Shown here piece after piece: positions 25,366-33,887 of a stretch of DNA of 64,000 nt. Positions within the stretch are counted from its first letter, which is position 1; each line of letters begins with the position of its first letter. Source of the DNA: Anaerolineae bacterium (GTDB lineage Bacteria > Chloroflexota > Anaerolineae > Fen-1058); NCBI GenBank assembly GCA_035283185.1, contig DATEUJ010000022.1, forward strand, positions 278 to 64,277, given 5' to 3'. The notes beneath the pieces are model-generated. The model did not search any database. It was given only the letters and a program-made list of their open reading frames with translations, and was not told the origin of the DNA. The translations under genes were made by a program, and so were the position numbers.

Positions 25366-25785
25366 ATGTTCAACAAGATCCTGGTGGCTTACGACGGCTC
25401 ACCGCACAGTGACCGCGCGCTGGACATGGCGATGGCACTCACGAAATACACGCAAGGTGCGCTGATCCTGGTGTATGCCCACGATAAGATTCCATCCTAC
25501 CTGGGCGACCCGAACTTTCAACAGGCCGTCAACCGCGCCGTCATCGCCGGTCGCGAAATGCTCGAGGCGGCGGCTGAGCGTACCCACGCCGCCGGTGTTC
25601 AAGTCACGACCAATGTGCTGGAAGGCCCGGCTGCCGAAGCCATTTTGCGCGTGGCCGAGGCGGAGCATTGCGATTTGATCGTCATGGGCTCGCGTGGAAT
25701 GGGTCAACTGAAGGGGCTGCTGCTGGGCAGCGTCAGCGAACGGGTGCTGCAGCACGCCGCGATTCCGGTGATGATCGTGCGGTGA
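25366..25785 (+). CDS. Universal stress protein (UspA family)
   Basis: MFNKILVAYDGSPHSDRAL...DLIVMGSRGMGQLKGLLLGSVSERVLQHAAIPVMIV. GAGGTGG RBS. Confidence 0.85.
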   Translation: MFNKILVAYDGSPHSDRALDMAMALTKYTQGALILVYAHDKIPSYLGDPNFQQAVNRAVIAGREMLEAAAERTHAAGVQVTTNVLEGPAAEAILRVAEAEHCDLIVMGSRGMGQLKGLLLGSVSERVLQHAAIPVMIVR

Positions 25786-25955
25786 CGCGCAGGCGCCTTA
25801 CTTGCTCGGCCTGCTCTTCGAGATGGCGATCCGCGTGCCGTTCAACAGGCAGCGCAGACAGACTGCCTCCTCACAGCCATTTGCATATTTGTATTTCGAG
25901 GATACACTTACATTGACTGCGAGCTATCTTGTCGGACGACCGGGGAGAAACATGA

Positions 25956-26498
25956 ATGAGACTGTACACCATCGGCCACAGCAATCATAGCCTGGAAAAG
26001 CTCATTCGCTTGTTGGAAGACAACGGCGTGATGACCGTGGTCGACGTGCGAAGCGCGCCATACAGTCGCTATAACTCGCAGTTCAACAAAGACAACCTGG
26101 ACAGCGTGCTCTCTCAGCGAGGCATTCATTACGCGTTCGCCGGCCAGTATCTGGGCGGCCGTCCGTCCGATCCGTCCTGTTACAAGAGCCGAACGCTTCC
26201 CGGCGAAGGCGCCGACTACCTGCACGAAGTCGATTACCCCGAGGTGATGAAGCGCGACTGGTTCACCAAGGGGATCGAGCGCCTGTTGGAACTGGCGGAT
26301 GAACAGACCACGGCCATCTTATGCAGTGAAGAGAACCCGGCGGAATGCCACCGGCATCACTTGATTGCGAAATACCTCATGACCGCGCATCCCGAGGTGA
26401 GCGTGCGGCACATTCGCGGCGACGGAACAGTGTTTGGAGCTGCAGCCATCACCGAGTCGCTGGACGAGCCTTCGGCGGAGCAGCTTCCCCTGCTGTAG
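25956..26498 (+). CDS. DUF488 domain protein
   Basis: MRLYTIGHSNHSLEKLIRLLEDNGVMTVVDVRSAPYSRYNSQFNKDNL...LCSEENPAECHRHHL. Confidence 0.8.
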   Translation: MRLYTIGHSNHSLEKLIRLLEDNGVMTVVDVRSAPYSRYNSQFNKDNLDSVLSQRGIHYAFAGQYLGGRPSDPSCYKSRTLPGEGADYLHEVDYPEVMKRDWFTKGIERLLELADEQTTAILCSEENPAECHRHHLIAKYLMTAHPEVSVRHIRGDGTVFGAAAITESLDEPSAEQLPLL

Positions 26499-26502
26499 CG
26501 AG

Positions 26503-26943
26503 ATGAAGCTCTATACCATTGGATTTACCCAGAAACGGGCAGAAGTCTTTTTCGACCTTCTCCGCCGGCACGGCGTACAACGCCTTGTCGATATCCGGAT
26601 CAGCCCGGACGGACAGTTGTCGGGATTCACGAGAAAGGACGACCTGCCCTATTTCCTTTTCAGGTTGGCCGACGGCTGTCAATATGTTCACATGCCTGAG
26701 TTGGCTCCTACGAAAGAAATCCTCAAAGATTATCGCGCAGACTCGGACTGGTCTCGCTTCGCGGCGCGTTTCGAGGCGCTCATGGATACGCGGCAGATCC
26801 CGGAGACGCTGGACCGAACAGCTTTCGAGGCGTTGACCTCCTGCCTGCTGTGCAGCGAGGCTTCTCCCGAAAAATGCCACCGTCGCCTGGTAGCCGTACG
26901 ATTGGCGGCACGCTGGCCTGACGTGGAGATCATTCACCTATGA
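26503..26943 (+). CDS. DUF488 domain protein (second, divergent copy)
   Basis: MKLYTIGFTQKRAEVFFDLLRRHGVQRLVDIRISP...LCSEASPEKCHRRLV. Starts 5 nt after the previous stop. Confidence 0.8.
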   Translation: MKLYTIGFTQKRAEVFFDLLRRHGVQRLVDIRISPDGQLSGFTRKDDLPYFLFRLADGCQYVHMPELAPTKEILKDYRADSDWSRFAARFEALMDTRQIPETLDRTAFEALTSCLLCSEASPEKCHRRLVAVRLAARWPDVEIIHL

Positions 26944-27677
26944 AGAAATCGCTCGTGATCACGGATGTGACCCGCATGCGGGAAGGGCGCGTGTGCGTTG
27001 CAGGTTACGACGAAGACGGCAACTGCATCCGCCCTGTCTTGCCGCCGCCTGGCATTCAAGAAACATCCTTATATGTGCAAGAGCGCCCCCTCATCTTTCC
27101 ATTCGCGGTTGTCGAATACGATCTGACGCAGGTGTTGCCTCACCCTCCGCATACCGAAGACCATCGATACGATCCGGCATCCGTGAGGTTCATCGAGCAC
27201 CTGGATATGAAGCGCAGACGCGAGGTGTTGGAGAAGTCGCTATCCGGGAGTGTAGCCGCCATCTTTGAAGAACCGATCCAAAGCGACATGGGTCACTATG
27301 TTATGGATGGCCGTGGCCCGCGCTCGCTTGGCACGATTCGGCCTCAAAGGATCATAAAGGCTGTTTACGAGCAGGCTCTCGACGGCAAGTGGAGATATCG
27401 ACTTGGGTTCATCGACGGCGATGGACTCACTTACTGGTTGACTGTCACCGACCTCGCCTGGCGCTACTTCAACGATTTCGAGCGACGGAAAGGTCGCAGC
27501 CCTGGGGAGATTTCAGCAGCCCGGACCTCGTCGCTGAAATCGAGTGACGTCTTCCTGCGAATCGGTCTCGCGCGCGGATGGGATGCATACCCGGACCGCT
27601 GCTTCCTTCAGATCACAGGTATATTCTCCTTCCCGGATTATCTCGATGGCCGAACGTTTGCCGACTTTGCGCCCTGA
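26940..27677 (+). CDS. Hypothetical protein translationally coupled to the DUF488 pair
   Basis: ATGA start/stop overlap at 26940-26943. MKKSLVITDVTRMREGRVCVAGYDEDGNCIRPVLPPPG... Family not recognised with certainty. Confidence 0.65.
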   Translation: MKKSLVITDVTRMREGRVCVAGYDEDGNCIRPVLPPPGIQETSLYVQERPLIFPFAVVEYDLTQVLPHPPHTEDHRYDPASVRFIEHLDMKRRREVLEKSLSGSVAAIFEEPIQSDMGHYVMDGRGPRSLGTIRPQRIIKAVYEQALDGKWRYRLGFIDGDGLTYWLTVTDLAWRYFNDFERRKGRSPGEISAARTSSLKSSDVFLRIGLARGWDAYPDRCFLQITGIFSFPDYLDGRTFADFAP

Positions 27678-27751
27678 CCTCTCAAGCCTTCAACTCGGCA
27701 TGAGTGGATAAAGTTGATACAGATTAGCACAAAGCCATACTTGGCCCACTC

Positions 27752-27786
27752 AACGGCGACCTGAACACGGTCGTCGTTCTTTTTTC
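27752..27786 (+). terminator. Rho-independent terminator candidate after the DUF488 trio
   Basis: aacggcgacc tgaacac ggtcgtcgtt (9 of 10 bp) followed by cttttttc. Confidence 0.6.
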
Positions 27787-27849
27787 ACGCCACCTCGCCG
27801 ATTGTAATGCTCGCCAGGTGACAAGTCTCACTTCCACCCTGCGAGCTAG

Positions 27850-27918
27850 TGCGTTATTATTTTCACAAGTTTATACGTTTATCCGAATATGTCTATTTAC
27901 ATCAATACGAAGTGACCC
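27850..27918 (+). promoter_or_regulatory. AT-rich promoter/operator region upstream of the ArsR-family gene
   Basis: gcgttattattttcacaagtttatacgtttatccgaatatgtctatttacatcaatacg stands out against GC-rich flanks. Contains the direct repeat gtttatac/gtttatcc. No site defined. Confidence 0.3.
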
Positions 27919-28269
27919 ATGCAAAAGCCCCAGGAAGCAGAAGTCCGGTTGCTCCACGCTCAAGTCTGCCAGGCACTCGCCGATCCCACACGCATCCTGA
28001 TCCTTTACCAGCTCGCCGATGGCCCCAAAAGCGTCGGCGAGCTGGCGGCTGCGCTCGACACCAACCAGCCGACCGTGTCGCGGCATCTCAAGATACTGCG
28101 CGAGCGCGGCATGGCGACCGCGGAGCGCTTCGGCGCAACGGTGGTGTATTCCCTCGCCGACCATCGCGTCATCGAAGCGCTCGATCTGATGCGCTCGCTG
28201 CTCGCCGACGACCTGGCGCAGAAAAGCGCGCTGGCCGAAACGCTTCGCGTCGCTCACAGTGAATCCTAA
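27919..28269 (+). CDS. ArsR/SmtB-family transcriptional regulator
   Basis: LHAQVCQALADPTRILILYQLADGPKSVGELAAALDTNQPTVSRHLKILRERGM. Confidence 0.85.
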   Translation: MQKPQEAEVRLLHAQVCQALADPTRILILYQLADGPKSVGELAAALDTNQPTVSRHLKILRERGMATAERFGATVVYSLADHRVIEALDLMRSLLADDLAQKSALAETLRVAHSES

Positions 28270-28288
28270 TCTGAGGAGCGTGACTGTT

Positions 28289-29308
28289 ATGAATCGACGA
28301 CGCACAACCATCTCCCTCGGCGGTATCTTTCTCCTCGCCGGCGCGGCCCTGCTCATCGCGTGGCCCCGCGTCGCCCCGAGTGCGGGGAAACCAGATACCT
28401 GGTTCCGCCCCGACAGCGCCGTGCTCGACTCTCAATTCGACCTCCAGTGCGAAATCAAAGTTCCGCAGGGACTCGCGCAGTGCGGATCGCAGGCTTCGTC
28501 GTGCAAGAACTGCCACGAGGTGAAAGGCGAAGACCCGGTGAATGCCAAAGGCGAGTGGCACGTTTCGCATGCCTTCGGCGACTTCTGCGAGTTCTGTCAT
28601 GGCGGCAACGTGCAGGCGGTCGACAAGGATGCCGCGCATCAGAGCCTTGTCACCCCGCTGGGCGACGTCAAGGCGAACTGCTCGTCGTGCCACGAAGATT
28701 ACGAGAGCCTGGCTCAAGTGTATGCGGCCGCACTGGGTGTGACGATCGGCGCGAGCGACGGCGGATCGGCAGCGCCGCCGCCCCAACCCCCTGCTCCGAG
28801 CGAGCCGGCTTCGTCCAGCCCCGATCCTGCGCCCGATGCCGGCCCTGCTCCATCCGGCGGCGAAATCGTCGACTACGCCGCCGAATACACATCGGGCGGT
28901 GCGCCGCAGATCAGCGCCGGCAACCTGGTCGTCGGCGGGCTGCTTGTTCTGACGATTGCAGGCGGCGCGGCATTCGTCACCTGGAACGAGAAGCGTTTGA
29001 AGCGAGCGAGCGCACCGACGGTTCCGGCTTCGAGTGTCGCGAAGGCGACGATGGCCGCCGTGAGTCCCGAAGTGACCGTGCCCGAATCCTTCGGCGACCT
29101 CTCTCCCGAGCTGCTCAAGCTTCTGCCGCTTCTTCAGGCGCTCGATCCACGCACCTTGCGCGCGCTGCGCATCATCCTATCGGATCGCAGGCGCGGCGAA
29201 GAGCTGCTGCAATCGCTCAGCCTGATCAACTTCAGCGTCCTGGAGGAGATGAAGCGCCTGGACAAGCGCGAGCTTTCGCTGCTGCTGGCGCTGGCGAGTG
29301 AAACGTGA
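28289..29308 (+). CDS. Membrane-anchored trihaem c-type cytochrome with second TM helix and C-terminal cytoplasmic domain
   Basis: Three CxxCH motifs (CKNCH, CEFCH, CSSCH). N-terminal TM ISLGGIFLLAGAALLIAW, Pro-rich linker, second TM LVVGGLLVLTIAGGAAFV. GAGGAG RBS before ATG 28289. Confidence 0.75.
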   Translation: MNRRRTTISLGGIFLLAGAALLIAWPRVAPSAGKPDTWFRPDSAVLDSQFDLQCEIKVPQGLAQCGSQASSCKNCHEVKGEDPVNAKGEWHVSHAFGDFCEFCHGGNVQAVDKDAAHQSLVTPLGDVKANCSSCHEDYESLAQVYAAALGVTIGASDGGSAAPPPQPPAPSEPASSSPDPAPDAGPAPSGGEIVDYAAEYTSGGAPQISAGNLVVGGLLVLTIAGGAAFVTWNEKRLKRASAPTVPASSVAKATMAAVSPEVTVPESFGDLSPELLKLLPLLQALDPRTLRALRIILSDRRRGEELLQSLSLINFSVLEEMKRLDKRELSLLLALASET

Positions 29309-29372
29309 ATCGTAAAACATGAAACGTGAAACGTGATGCGTGAAACGTGATGCGTGAATCACGTTTTACGCA
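29298..29372. repeat. Heptamer-repeat hairpin (gtgaaac/gtgatgc word)
   Basis: gtgaaacgtgaatcgtaaaacatgaaacgtgaaacgtgatgcgtgaaacgtgatgcgtgaatcacgttttacgcac. gcgtgaaacgtgat pairs with atcacgttttacgc. Overlaps the cytochrome stop codon. Confidence 0.75.
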
Positions 29373-29404
29373 CCAAGCGATGTCAATGAACGGGAGAATA
29401 CACT

Positions 29405-29947
29405 ATGAACTGGCTCATCACTCAACTGCGCAAGCCCGAATGGTCGCCCTACGTGGCCGGGGCCGGACTCGGTCTCGTCACGATCCTCGCGCTGGTGCTC
29501 AGCAGCGCCCATTTGCCGGCGCCGAGCCTGATCGGCGCGTCGGGCGCGTACGAGAACCTGGTCGCGCCGGCGGGGCTTGCCGTCGATCCGAAGAACACCT
29601 ACTTCAACTACATCATGCCGCCGGGCCTCACCTGGTCCGTGTGGATACTGGCCGGCGTCTTCCTCGGCGGGCTGGCTTCGGCGCTGCTGTCGCGCACCTT
29701 CAAGTGGCGCGCGCTGCCCGATCGACAGTGGACGGAAGTCTTCGGCAAGAGCGTCGCCAGGCGCTGGGTGATCGTGTTCCTCGCCGCCGTGCTGTTGGAG
29801 TACGCAGCAGGCATTGCGGGCGGCTGCACGAGCGGGTTGGCGATCTCCGGCGGCGTCGTGCTAGCGCCCGCCTCGTTCATCTTCATCGCCGGCATGTTCG
29901 CGTCGGGCATCGTCACGGCGATGCTGTTGTATCGAAAGAGGTATTAG
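29405..29947 (+). CDS. YeeE/YedE-family sulfur-compound transporter, half 1
   Basis: Conserved IAGGCTSGLAISGG motif. Multiple TM helices. Confidence 0.75.
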   Translation: MNWLITQLRKPEWSPYVAGAGLGLVTILALVLSSAHLPAPSLIGASGAYENLVAPAGLAVDPKNTYFNYIMPPGLTWSVWILAGVFLGGLASALLSRTFKWRALPDRQWTEVFGKSVARRWVIVFLAAVLLEYAAGIAGGCTSGLAISGGVVLAPASFIFIAGMFASGIVTAMLLYRKRY

Positions 29948-29978
29948 AGTGCCACGTGTCATGTGTCACGTGGCACTC
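29947..29978. repeat. Perfect 12-bp stem-loop between the two YeeE halves
   Basis: gagtgccacgtg tcatgtgt cacgtggcactc. Confidence 0.7.
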
Positions 29979-30008
29979 CGCACTTGACATTTTCAAGGAG
30001 AGTCTCCT

Positions 30009-30566
30009 ATGACTATCATCGCTCCTATCTTAATCGGCTTTCTATTCGGGTTTCTGCTGCACAAAGGCGGGATGACCCGCTATCACAAGATCGTCAACGT
30101 GTTCCGCTTCACAGACATGGCGGTGCTCAAGTTCATGATGTCTTCGCTGGTGGTCGGGATGATCGGCATCTACTTGCTGACCGACCTGGGCGTCGTCGCC
30201 AGCATGCCCATCACGCCAACCTTCGTCGTCGGCAACCTGGTCGGCGGCCTCCTGTTCGGCGTGGGGATGGCGGCGGCGGGAGTATGCGCCGCGCCGATTG
30301 CTGCCGGCTCGGGCGAGGGACGCCTGGACTACATCTTTCCCGGCATCTTCGGTATGCTGGTCGGCGCGATGCTCTTCGGCTTGACCTACAATCAGGTCTA
30401 TCCCGCGATCAGCAAGATCGCCAACGAGGGGCCAATTGTGCTGCCCGAAGTCATCGACGCCAATCACTGGCTGGTGATCGGCTTGTTTGCGGCGATCACG
30501 ATCGTTCTGTTCTACGCGCTCGAGCGCGCCATTCGGCTGCGGCGCAACAGAGTAGCCAGTGAGTAG
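30009..30566 (+). CDS. YeeE/YedE-family transporter, half 2
   Basis: GNLVGGLLFGVGMAAAGVC... TM-rich, 185 aa. Confidence 0.7.
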   Translation: MTIIAPILIGFLFGFLLHKGGMTRYHKIVNVFRFTDMAVLKFMMSSLVVGMIGIYLLTDLGVVASMPITPTFVVGNLVGGLLFGVGMAAAGVCAAPIAAGSGEGRLDYIFPGIFGMLVGAMLFGLTYNQVYPAISKIANEGPIVLPEVIDANHWLVIGLFAAITIVLFYALERAIRLRRNRVASE

Positions 30567-30683
30567 TAATTAGTAATCAGTAATCAGTAATCAGTGATCA
30601 GTAACCAGTGAACACCGACGCGCCGATGCCTCATCACTGACCACTGACTACTGACCACTGATCACTGATCACTGACTACTGGC
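30556..30683. repeat. Large heptamer-repeat hairpin (cagtaat/cagtgat word)
   Basis: The left arm ccagtgagtagtaattagtaatcagtaatcagtaatcagtgatcagtaaccagtgaac is complementary to the right arm tcatcactgaccactgactactgaccactgatcactgatcactgactactgg. Confidence 0.85.
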
Positions 30684-30700
30684 CACTTCCAGAGGTTTTT

Positions 30701-32950
30701 ATGGCAGACGAAATCGTCCAACTCACCCGGCGTAGCTTTCTGAAAGCTTCGGGCGCGACGCTCGGGGCATTGGGGTTGGCCGGCATGGGCTTCAGCGCGG
30801 TGTCGGCGGGGCCTGCCGCAGACGGACCGCTGACCTACGACAAGATCGTGCCCACCCTGTGCGAGATGTGCGTGTGGCGCTGCGGCGTGTGGGCCAAGGT
30901 GCGTGACGGGCGCGCCGTCAAGCTCGAAGGCAACCCCTACCATCCCCATTCGAGGGGGCGCCTGTGCGCGCGCGGCCAGAGCGGCATTATGACCGCCTAC
31001 GATCCGGACCGCGTGCAATTCCCGCTGATTCGCGCCGGCAAGCGCGGCGAGGGCAGGTTCCGCCGCGCGTCGTGGGACGAGGCGCTCGATTTCACCGCGA
31101 AGCAGATGCTGGGGATCAAGGAGAAGTACGGGCCGGAGGCAATGATTTTCTCCGCGACCCACAACCTGAGCCAGCCGCTGTTCGAAAACTTGCTGTACGC
31201 TTATGGCTCACCCAACTACGGCACGCAGCGCAGCCTGTGCTTCAACGCGATGGTCGTGGCGCACCTGATGACTTACGGCGTCGAAGAGCCGGGGCGAGAC
31301 TATCGAACCGCCCAGTACATTATCTACACCGGTCGCAACATGCTCGAAGCGATCTCGACCAGCGAGACGAGCAACCTGGTCGAAGCGATCGCGCGCGGCG
31401 CGCACGTCGTCGTGCTCGACCCGCGCTTCACCAAGACGGCGAGCAAGGCGAGCGAGTGGCTGCCGATCGAGCCGGGCGCCGATCTCGCCTTCCACCTGGC
31501 GCTGCTCAATGTGATCGTCGGCGAGAATCGCACCCATCACGAATTCGTCGCGCTCAACACCGCCGGCTTCGACGAGCTGAAAGCGGAAGTTGCTAAGTAC
31601 ACGCCGGAATGGGCCGCGCCGATCACCGGCATCGACGCAGAAACGATCCGCCGCATCGCGCGCGACTTCGCCGCCGCCGGCCCGGACGCGATGGCGCATC
31701 CCGGCTGGCGCACCAGCAACTTCGTCAACTCCTTCCAGACCGAGCGCGCCGTGGCGATTCTCAACGCGCTGGTCGGCAACTGGGGACGCACACTGGTCAA
31801 CAACGGCGGCGAAGAGGGCGGCATTCAGTTGGGCAAGCCGCCGCAGCCGCCCTACCCGCGCATCGCCGCCCAACGGCTCGACGGCGTGCCGTGGAAGTAT
31901 CCGCTCGTCCCGCTCAAGCTCGGCGTGTTCCAGGAGATTCGCGACAACATCCTGAGCGGCAAGCCGTATCAGGCGCGCGGCTGGTTCATCGCGCGGCAGA
32001 ACCCGGCGCTCAGCCTGCCGGAGCGACACAAGACGCTCGAAGCCTTCGGCAAGCTCGACTTCATCGTCACCGTCAGCATCATCCCGAACGATACCGAGTG
32101 GTACGCCGACGTGATCCTGCCCGAGGCGTCGTACCTGGAGCGCTACGATCCGCTGAACGTCGTCGAGAATCGCGTGTTCCTGCGCCGGCCCGTGATCGAG
32201 CCGATCGGCGAGAGCAGGAGCGCGCTGTGGATCTACAAGCAGCTCGGCGAGAGGCTGGGGCTGGGCGACTACTTCCAGTACGAGGACGAGGTCGACTACA
32301 TCAATCAGCAACTGGCCCCCCTGGGCATCGACATCGGCGCGTTCGCCGAGCGCGGCTGCTGGAGCCCGACGCTTGAAGCGATCAGCGCCGCCGAGCGATC
32401 GTCGTGTTTCGTGCCGCTGGCGATCACGTTCGAGGAAGAAGAGCTGCCGTACGAATTGAAGGAGTTCAAATTCAACACGCCGAGCGGCAAGATCGAGCTC
32501 GCTTCGGAAACACTGCGCAACGCCGGGCAGCCGGCCGTCCCGGCGTGGCAAGCTCCGCCCGAGCCGGAACCCGGCGAGTTCTACCTGCTCACCGGCAAGG
32601 TCGGCCAGCACACGCAGTTCGCCACTCAGAACAACCTGTGGCTCGACCAGGTGTACGCGGAAAACGAATTGTGGATTCACCCCAAGCCGGCTGCCGAGCG
32701 CGGCATCCTCAACGGCGGCTCGGTGAAAGTCACCAGCGACGCCGGCGCCGTGACGATTAAGGCCAAAGTCACCGAAGGCATCCGCGAGGACTGCGTATGG
32801 ATGACGCAGGGCTTCGGGCATCGATCGATGGGTCTGAAGACCGCGTATGGCAAAGGGGCGAGCGACAGCGATCTGCACGTCACCATCACGGATCCGGTCA
32901 GCGGCGGGCAGGCGCTGTCGCAGACGTGCGTGACGGTGGAGAAAGCGTAG
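30701..32950 (+). CDS. Tat-exported molybdopterin oxidoreductase catalytic subunit, Psr/Phs (polysulfide/thiosulfate reductase)-like clade
   Basis: Tat signal TRRSFLKASGATLGALGLAG. FeS motif CEMCVWRCG (C-x2-C-x3-C). HPHSRGRLCARGQSG. 749 aa. The substrate cannot be assigned from sequence. Confidence 0.8.
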   Translation: MADEIVQLTRRSFLKASGATLGALGLAGMGFSAVSAGPAADGPLTYDKIVPTLCEMCVWRCGVWAKVRDGRAVKLEGNPYHPHSRGRLCARGQSGIMTAYDPDRVQFPLIRAGKRGEGRFRRASWDEALDFTAKQMLGIKEKYGPEAMIFSATHNLSQPLFENLLYAYGSPNYGTQRSLCFNAMVVAHLMTYGVEEPGRDYRTAQYIIYTGRNMLEAISTSETSNLVEAIARGAHVVVLDPRFTKTASKASEWLPIEPGADLAFHLALLNVIVGENRTHHEFVALNTAGFDELKAEVAKYTPEWAAPITGIDAETIRRIARDFAAAGPDAMAHPGWRTSNFVNSFQTERAVAILNALVGNWGRTLVNNGGEEGGIQLGKPPQPPYPRIAAQRLDGVPWKYPLVPLKLGVFQEIRDNILSGKPYQARGWFIARQNPALSLPERHKTLEAFGKLDFIVTVSIIPNDTEWYADVILPEASYLERYDPLNVVENRVFLRRPVIEPIGESRSALWIYKQLGERLGLGDYFQYEDEVDYINQQLAPLGIDIGAFAERGCWSPTLEAISAAERSSCFVPLAITFEEEELPYELKEFKFNTPSGKIELASETLRNAGQPAVPAWQAPPEPEPGEFYLLTGKVGQHTQFATQNNLWLDQVYAENELWIHPKPAAERGILNGGSVKVTSDAGAVTIKAKVTEGIREDCVWMTQGFGHRSMGLKTAYGKGASDSDLHVTITDPVSGGQALSQTCVTVEKA

Positions 32951-33042
32951 CGCATATCGCATATCGCGTATCGCGTATCGCCTATCGGATGTCATTCACG
33001 GGAAACCCGGCACGATGGGCAATACCCTATCGGCGATAGGCG
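32949..33042. repeat. Heptamer tandem array (gcgtatc word) plus small palindrome
   Basis: agcgcatatcgcatatcgcgtatcgcgtatcgcctatcgg ... ccctatcggcgataggcgg. Confidence 0.7.
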
Positions 33043-33051
33043 GAGGCGAGA

Positions 33052-33789
33052 ATGACGAACAACGTGAAGAAGTACGGCTTTGTCATCGATCCCCGGCGCT
33101 GTATCGACTGCCGCGCTTGCCTGGTCGCATGCCGCGCCGAGAACGACGTGCCACTCAACTCGACTCGCATCTGGGTGTACGACATGGGCGTGCAGGGCGC
33201 GTTTCCGGCCCTCAGCCAGCAGTTTGTGCCGTACAACTGCATGCACTGCGACGAGCCGCCGTGCGTCGACGTATGCCCCAGCCAGGCGACGTACAAGCGC
33301 CCCGCGGACGGCATCGTCGTCGTCGACCAACAGGCGTGCATCGGCTGCGGGTTGTGCCTGCCGGCATGTCCTTATCACGCGCGCACCATCAACCCGGAAA
33401 CCGGCAAGGCCGACAAGTGCAACGCCTGCCTGCAGCGCGTCGAGCAGGGCGAGGCGCCGGCCTGCGTGGCGACGTGCATCGGCGGGGCGCGGCTGTTCGG
33501 CGACCTCAACGAGCCAGAAAGCGAAGTCGCCCAGGCGCTGCGCGCGGCGAAGAGCGTGAAACGCCTGCCGGCGGTGGGCGTCGATACCGGGCCGAACATT
33601 TACTACATCAACGACAACGTCGACGAGAAGAAGCTCGCCGTCACAGCGCCACAGGCGCCGCCCGCGGATGCCTTTTATAAATGGATCGTCATCCCTGGCG
33701 TGCTGCTCGCGGCCGGCGCTACGTTCCTGGGCCAGGCAGCCGCCTTCGCGCGACAACTGCGCAAGGGCGAGAACGAATTTGATGAGTAA
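33052..33789 (+). CDS. 4Fe-4S ferredoxin-type electron-transfer subunit with C-terminal TM anchor
   Basis: KKYGFVIDPRRCIDCRACLVACRAEN, CMHCDEPPCVDVCP, CIGCGLCLPACP, CNACLQRV...CVATC. Tail WIVIPGVLLAAGATFLG. Confidence 0.85.
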   Translation: MTNNVKKYGFVIDPRRCIDCRACLVACRAENDVPLNSTRIWVYDMGVQGAFPALSQQFVPYNCMHCDEPPCVDVCPSQATYKRPADGIVVVDQQACIGCGLCLPACPYHARTINPETGKADKCNACLQRVEQGEAPACVATCIGGARLFGDLNEPESEVAQALRAAKSVKRLPAVGVDTGPNIYYINDNVDEKKLAVTAPQAPPADAFYKWIVIPGVLLAAGATFLGQAAAFARQLRKGENEFDE

Positions 33790-33799
33790 GATAGAGAAT

Positions 33800-33870
33800 A
33801 ACCACGGATGACACGGATTTCACCGATGAAATCAGAAGAACCATCTGTGTCATCCGTGTAATCCGTGGTT
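33800..33870. repeat. Repeat-arm hairpin (cacggat word)
   Basis: aaccacggatgacacggat ... atccgtgtaatccgtggtt. Confidence 0.75.
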
Positions 33871-33887
33871 CCATATTGGAGCGAGAT

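Noticed and set aside
30701-32950. Formate dehydrogenase with selenocysteine
   Set aside because: There is no in-frame TGA and the protein is 749 aa (FdnG-type enzymes are much longer). The neighbouring YeeE/ArsR context and subunit sizes fit the Psr/Phs group better. The substrate is still unassigned.
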